Source of the DNA: a virus
Lineage: Duplodnaviria > Heunggongvirae > Uroviricota > Caudoviricetes
Virus record (IMG/VR): IMGVR_UViG_3300031134_000639
Reading direction: 5' to 3' (one strand)
Length of the DNA: 47,473 nucleotides
The notes under the pieces were generated by a model. It worked only from the letters and a program-made list of their open reading frames with translations, was not told where the DNA came from and searched no databases. Of this stretch, positions 43,123 to 47,473 are shown one piece after another. The translations under genes were made by a program, and so were the position numbers. The number at the start of each line of letters is the position of its first letter. Position 1 is the stretch's first letter.

Positions 43123-44295
43123 ATGAAAACATTTATGGATAGTCTACAGAAGCGTAGAATCAATGATAAGGGATTCACTCTTATCGAGCTACTGGTTGTC
43201 ATTCTAATTTTGGCAATACTTGTTGCCATAGCTATCCCTGTTTATCTTAACCATCAGAGGCAAGCGACCATTGCAACGTTAAAGTCTGACTTGACTTCTT
43301 CAACTAGGCTGTTGCCAAACGTGTCCGCTAAAACTGTTGGAGCCTTCCCTAGCCCAGAAAACTTCAAACAAGAAGCTGTGACTAGTAAGGACAATGTGTT
43401 GGCTCTCACAGTTACTGGCACAGGATACTCTGCTGTAGCCTGCATAACTGGTTCGCACTCTTTCTCTGCTACAGATGTTGTATCTTTCCACTACAACACA
43501 ACCACTCAAAAGGTGGAAGCTGGGCCTTGTGATGCAGGTACGACTGGCGGTGGCGGTAACGGAACAACAACTTCAGGTGGTGGAACGACAACTCCTGGAG
43601 GCGGAACGGTAATACCAGCCATCCGAGACACTAACCCAACAGATGCAGGTCTATCTTCACCTGAAGGTATCCCTCAGAGTGGCCCAATCAAGGGAGCTAT
43701 CACATACAGTCCTCAAGCAACTAAGCTTAGCTTCTGCTTCAAAGTTGATGTGACAACTACCTCCACCACTCCAATCGCATGGGAGTATGCTCTAGATTTG
43801 AATGCAGGGCCGTTCTGGGGCGCTAACCCTTCAACCTTCACAGAGTCCTTCGCCTACCAGCAAAAGTCCTTAGACGACGGCCTGTGGGTAGTCAGAGGCA
43901 TTCCTGGCACCTCCAGCGAGATGATATCCGCTGGGGACAAGAGGACCTTTGGTTTCTGTGCTCCTGAAGTACCACAGCCACCATTAAATGCAGCATGGTC
44001 AACTACAACAGTTTCGCCTGATGCAGACAACGACAACAAGTATGCGTGTGTTAACCTAAGCGTTAAAAGCACTTCACTTTACCCTGTGCCATGGACTGCA
44101 ACAGTTGACTTGAAGGAACACTTTAAGTCAATCCAGGGTAAGAAGCCTGTTTTCACTAACCTTACAATGTTGAAAGATAAAGGGGATTCCGTCTATGAGG
44201 TAACCGGTAACGGTTACACAAGCTATGTTTCAGCTTCTGACCCTAGAACTAAATCTCTTATGATCTGCTACTCACCAGGCGGACAACCATGGTAA
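43123..44295 (+). CDS. Large type IV pilin-like protein with a Gly/Thr linker and two C-terminal beta domains
   Basis: DKG|FTLIELLVVILILAILVAIAIPVYLNHQR; GGGGNGTTTSGGGTTTPGGG linker; two Cys-bracketed repeats (FCFKVDV..AWEY..FGFC and YACVNLSV..PWTA..MIC). Confidence 0.85.
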   Translation: MKTFMDSLQKRRINDKGFTLIELLVVILILAILVAIAIPVYLNHQRQATIATLKSDLTSSTRLLPNVSAKTVGAFPSPENFKQEAVTSKDNVLALTVTGTGYSAVACITGSHSFSATDVVSFHYNTTTQKVEAGPCDAGTTGGGGNGTTTSGGGTTTPGGGTVIPAIRDTNPTDAGLSSPEGIPQSGPIKGAITYSPQATKLSFCFKVDVTTTSTTPIAWEYALDLNAGPFWGANPSTFTESFAYQQKSLDDGLWVVRGIPGTSSEMISAGDKRTFGFCAPEVPQPPLNAAWSTTTVSPDADNDNKYACVNLSVKSTSLYPVPWTATVDLKEHFKSIQGKKPVFTNLTMLKDKGDSVYEVTGNGYTSYVSASDPRTKSLMICYSPGGQPW

Positions 44296-44307
44296 GATAC
44301 AGCCGTC

Positions 44308-44574
44308 TTATCTTTTAAATGAGCTAGGATGGTTGCGCCTAGAGCGACTTCTGCCGTAGAAATCAAAGTCAACCATGTTGTCAACAATAGTCAGTGTAAC
44401 AGGGATACTTGTGCCCAATGACACGCTAGTGCCGTCACGGAATTTGAGTATCCTATCTGCGTTCAACGGAGACTCAACAAAACCTTTCACAACTAGCTTT
44501 TGATTAGACGGTGACATGATACCAAACTCGGCAATAACGTAATCGCCTGGTTTCAGTGCCTCAGGTTCAATCAT
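44308..44574 (-). CDS. Hypothetical protein (88 aa)
   Basis: ORF overlapping 44567-45163 in an operon-like arrangement. Confidence 0.55.
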   Translation of the reverse strand: MIEPEALKPGDYVIAEFGIMSPSNQKLVVKGFVESPLNADRILKFRDGTSVSLGTSIPVTLTIVDNMVDFDFYGRSRSRRNHPSSFKR

Positions 44575-45163
44575 CTTCTTTACTCATTTCATTAATGGTA
44601 TCTACTGTGTCTTTAAACAGTACCACACTGCTAGCTGTTGTTTTCGGGTTAAGGAAGAACTCATTGTCTTTCCAAAAGCCGAACACAAAAACATCAGTGT
44701 GTCCGAAAGGCGTGAAGCCAGTATAAGACGGGGAAGAAAGGAAAGCAACAGATTCTTCAGTCAGAGGAACTGTTGGGTGGATGAACACACTTAGCGCTTC
44801 AGAGCCAGTGCCTTGTGGTACAGCGTCAAAAGAAAAACTAAGGTCATCAATGAGCCAGAAAGGCTGCTCCCAGTAGGTTTCATCCTCCGGGGTGAACACA
44901 GAGTGATTTGTTGAAGAAACAAAGTCGTGGTTGTTGAAAATTGTCTCAGAAGGGGAACTGCTTTTTAGATTAACGTTGACCCATTCAGCGTATACATCAG
45001 CAGTCAACGGTGTCGCATTGAACTTACTGAGAAAACGTTTTCGCTGTTCTTTCTCTCTGAGTACAATGTCTGTTATTTTGTTGATAGCAACAGTATCTAA
45101 GGCAGGTTCAGTTGAGCTACGTGTTGGCTCTGTTACCTTCTGTTTTCTGCTGAACAGTTTCAT
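44567..45163 (-). CDS. Hypothetical protein
   Basis: SD AGGAG; extended -10 TGCTATACT at 45196-45204 (minus). Confidence 0.65.
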   Translation of the reverse strand: MKLFSRKQKVTEPTRSSTEPALDTVAINKITDIVLREKEQRKRFLSKFNATPLTADVYAEWVNVNLKSSSPSETIFNNHDFVSSTNHSVFTPEDETYWEQPFWLIDDLSFSFDAVPQGTGSEALSVFIHPTVPLTEESVAFLSSPSYTGFTPFGHTDVFVFGFWKDNEFFLNPKTTASSVVLFKDTVDTINEMSKEDD

Positions 45164-45204
45164 CTGCTTCTCCTATGAAGTAGTATCTTCACCTCAGTAT
45201 AGCA

Positions 45205-45474
45205 TCAAACAGAGAATAGCTCCTCAGCAGCATTAGGGTCCTCAGAGAACACATGAACTGCGAAACTTAGAGTCGGGTAGTAGACTTTAAAGTTGCTCAT
45301 GTCAGAAGCGTAAGTAGTCCAGTTGCCGTAGCACTCAATGGTGTTGGCATCTACCTGCTTGGTTGTGTAGAACATCTTAGACCAGTGCAGTGACATGCCA
45401 AAGTGCTCAGCGGCCTTACGGACACGCTCAGGGTCAACGCCGGTGATAGTAACAACATAGTTCTTGTTGGTCAT
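45205..45474 (-). CDS. Hypothetical protein (89 aa)
   Basis: SD GAAAGGG before ATG; directly downstream of the deaminase. Confidence 0.6.
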   Translation of the reverse strand: MTNKNYVVTITGVDPERVRKAAEHFGMSLHWSKMFYTTKQVDANTIECYGNWTTYASDMSNFKVYYPTLSFAVHVFSEDPNAAEELFSV

Positions 45475-45495
45475 GATGTTCCCTTTCTTGTTTGT

Positions 45496-45927
45496 TCAGC
45501 TAACAGTGTAGACAACAGCCTTGATGCCAGCCTGTGCGATAAGCTCAGCACAAGCATCGCAGGGGCGGCTCATCTTCTCATCACCGTTACGGTTGACCTG
45601 AGCGATGTAGAGCGTTGCGCCACGGGGGTCCTTGACGCGGGAGAGAGCGTCACGCTCAGCGTGGATGGTGAGGTGCGGGTTGTAACCGACAGTCGGGGGC
45701 ATTCCACGGTTGCGCCACTTGTTCATGCCAACGGAGATGACTCGTCCGCCCTTGACGACAACAGCGCCGTGACGGTGGGTCTCAACCTCGGAAGCCTCAG
45801 CCTGGCGAACAGCAAGGTCAAGCAGCGAACGCTGCTTACGGGAAAGCCCGTTGCTGTAGGACTCTAGCGTAATATCTCCCCGGTTGCTCCGGAAAAGGCT
45901 AATGCTAGGGTCAAAGTGCTCCTTTAA
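45496..45927 (-). CDS. Cytidine/deoxycytidylate deaminase-family protein; open frame has no canonical start upstream of the domain
   Basis: Own translation gives LSRKQRSLLDLAVRQAEASEVETHRHGAVVVKGGRVISVGMNK..TIHAERDAL..SRPCDAC (HxE and PCxxC zinc motif); the frame is open up to a TGA at 45928-45930; 5' end uncertain. Confidence 0.75.
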   Translation of the reverse strand, partial: LKEHFDPSISLFRSNRGDITLESYSNGLSRKQRSLLDLAVRQAEASEVETHRHGAVVVKGGRVISVGMNKWRNRGMPPTVGYNPHLTIHAERDALSRVKDPRGATLYIAQVNRNGDEKMSRPCDACAELIAQAGIKAVVYTVS

Positions 45928-46020
45928 TCAGACTCATGCCCGTTTTCACCACTCTCTAAATCGTTGTTGTACTTGCTTACAAGATAACTTTACCACACTC
46001 AACCAGAATGCGCAACTTGT

Positions 46021-46026
46021 CCGATA
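46021..46026 (+). promoter_or_regulatory. CCGATA motif 8 nt before an in-frame GTG (leaderless)
   Basis: gtCCGATAattacttaGTG, with GTG 46035 in frame with ORF 46008-46502. Confidence 0.55.
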
Positions 46027-46034
46027 ATTACTTA

Positions 46035-46502
46035 GTGCAACTCCCTGACACCCTCTCCATTATCCTTATTCTGATAGGAATAGCAGCTATAGTAGGCGTA
46101 GGGTATGCAGTGTACGCAAAAGTAAGAACCTACCGTGAATCAAAGATGCCTGTCATATCTTACCCTGCACGGATGATGATTGTCTCACAGGAGTGGAACA
46201 CAAGAAAGAAGACAAGGGATGTTCGCTCAGCTTTCTACGCATACTGTTACTTCATGGATGAGAAATCTGTTCCACAGTTGAGGAAGGTAACGTCAGGGTT
46301 TGACTTCTATGACATACCAGATGTGTATCAGAAACCGTTTGAAGACCCCTACTACAACAGGTTCCGTTCCAGTATACCGTTCTTCCCGCCTGAGCCTGGA
46401 ACCATCAAAGATATTTTCTTACCCCAGTCCATACCTGTGACAGTAAAAATTCAAGGCCGAAGAGTGTCCTGCGACTTCACCGACCAGGTCAGTACCAAAT
46501 AA
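46035..46502 (+). CDS. Hypothetical protein with an N-terminal TM anchor
   Basis: SIILILIGIAAIVGVGYAVY hydrophobic helix; start inferred from the motif spacing. Confidence 0.6.
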   Translation: MQLPDTLSIILILIGIAAIVGVGYAVYAKVRTYRESKMPVISYPARMMIVSQEWNTRKKTRDVRSAFYAYCYFMDEKSVPQLRKVTSGFDFYDIPDVYQKPFEDPYYNRFRSSIPFFPPEPGTIKDIFLPQSIPVTVKIQGRRVSCDFTDQVSTK

Positions 46503-47064
46503 TATCTGGTGTCTTGACTGTAACAGCTGGGTACAGGGCAGGAGTACGCCAGTCGCCGCCGAACAGCTTATTTAGCCTGGTTGACTCCTCACGGTGATGT
46601 TTCTTCATCTTCTCGTATGCTTCCCTGAACTCTGCATACTCTTTCTGTAGAGACTCACGGTTAGCGTAGGCTTTGACAACATCATCGTAGTACACAGGGT
46701 CGACAAGGATTTGCCGGTTGGACACTAACTCAAAAATGAAGTCAGACAAAAAAGTGAGGTCTTCATTCTCAAATTTCAGCCTGCTACTCGGTTTGGACTC
46801 TTCTTTGACCTCACGAATAGGGCTACCTGAGTATGAGATGGTGAAACCAGAACCATAATACCATCTAGCAGTGTGACTGTCCTCTGTAACAAAACGACGA
46901 CCGTTCGGCATCTGTAACCCACCTGTCTCCTCAGGGAAAGAGATGGCAACAAACTTGCGGTCTTCTACACCTTCAGGGTTGTCAAGCCAACCAACTTGCC
47001 CGAATGGGGTAAAGGCTATGTTCAAGTCAAATCTAAGGCTTTTCTGTCTTACACGCATTTCCAT
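46489..47064 (-). CDS. Hypothetical protein
   Basis: 191-aa ORF; variant motif CGGATA (47073-47078, minus) lies 8 nt before ATG. Confidence 0.6.
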   Translation of the reverse strand: MEMRVRQKSLRFDLNIAFTPFGQVGWLDNPEGVEDRKFVAISFPEETGGLQMPNGRRFVTEDSHTARWYYGSGFTISYSGSPIREVKEESKPSSRLKFENEDLTFLSDFIFELVSNRQILVDPVYYDDVVKAYANRESLQKEYAEFREAYEKMKKHHREESTRLNKLFGGDWRTPALYPAVTVKTPDIIWY

Positions 47065-47079
47065 AATTGCATTATCCGT

Positions 47080-47473
47080 TCAGTAGAGTTTAATATCAAG
47101 GTAGGTGGTATGAGGAGGGCCGAAATTAGCATCTGTCTCAGCAGGGAAAAGAGTCGTGTATCGTTTACCCAGTTCGCCATATTCGCTTCTGGTATCGTTC
47201 CTGATAGTGTTTTCTAGTTCTTTTAGCTGACGAATCTTGTTAATCCTCTCCCAGCGGTATAGGAAAGCATCATTGATTAGATCTTTCTCTTCTTGAGTGA
47301 GGGAGATGAAGATACCGCTTAAAAATGCTTCAGTGATAGCTGCATCAAAAATTTGACCTTCAAAAGAGTAAGTTGAGGAGAACGTACCAAGTTTTTTCTT
47401 ACCGTCAACGTTATCAACAGGTTTAACAGGGAAGTCTGCACCTAGCTTAGTTCGCTGAGTTATACCAGCATAA
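47080..47473 (-). CDS. Hypothetical protein, 5'-truncated by the window edge
   Basis: Own translation: open frame YAGITQRTKLGADFPVK...TYLDIKLY* from the window end to a TGA at 47080-47082. Confidence 0.6.
   Translation of the reverse strand, partial: YAGITQRTKLGADFPVKPVDNVDGKKKLGTFSSTYSFEGQIFDAAITEAFLSGIFISLTQEEKDLINDAFLYRWERINKIRQLKELENTIRNDTRSEYGELGKRYTTLFPAETDANFGPPHTTYLDIKLY

Noticed and set aside
45403-45867. 154-aa plus-strand ORF
   Set aside because: Antisense shadow of the GC-rich deaminase gene, whose HxE/PCxxC motifs are on the minus strand
1-47473. tRNA, rRNA, integrase or transposase genes
   Set aside because: No cloverleaf or T-loop signatures in the short intergenic gaps and no recombinase or DDE motifs in the ORFs by eye; tRNAscan-SE and a domain search would be needed to confirm

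Overview
Gene-dense, roughly mid-GC window that reads as part of a large lytic phage genome, probably infecting an actinobacterium. This is inferred from the actinobacterial-type pilins, an rIIA-like gene, leaderless starts, and the absence of core bacterial operons or an integrase. About 22.6 kb (almost half the window) is two tandem, translationally coupled arrays holding 24 paralogous cholera-toxin-clade (R-S-ExE) ADP-ribosyltransferases: 13 in 84-12609 and 11 in 28427-38546. Each has a shared Cys/Arg-rich N-terminal tag (MCRxKELGGRRCPQHTDPVKHAAYNARRRELYAAKK, or a shorter MCRxGGRRCP form), a variable middle region and an intact catalytic core, with no immunity genes between them. A recurring CCGATA(GTAATA) motif precedes the ART sub-operons, the three type IV pilin genes and several membrane-protein genes. 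Other genes carry host-type extended -10 promoters. The rest encodes two GNAT acetyltransferases (one with a second Cys-rich tag), three further paralog families, a short ProRS, YceI, AIM24, a putative 2OG-Fe(II) oxygenase, a HAD protein, a LRV/HEAT-repeat protein, an rIIA-like GHKL protein and a deaminase with no canonical in-frame start. No tRNA, rRNA, CRISPR array or transposase was seen. All family assignments come from motifs read by eye, not database searches.
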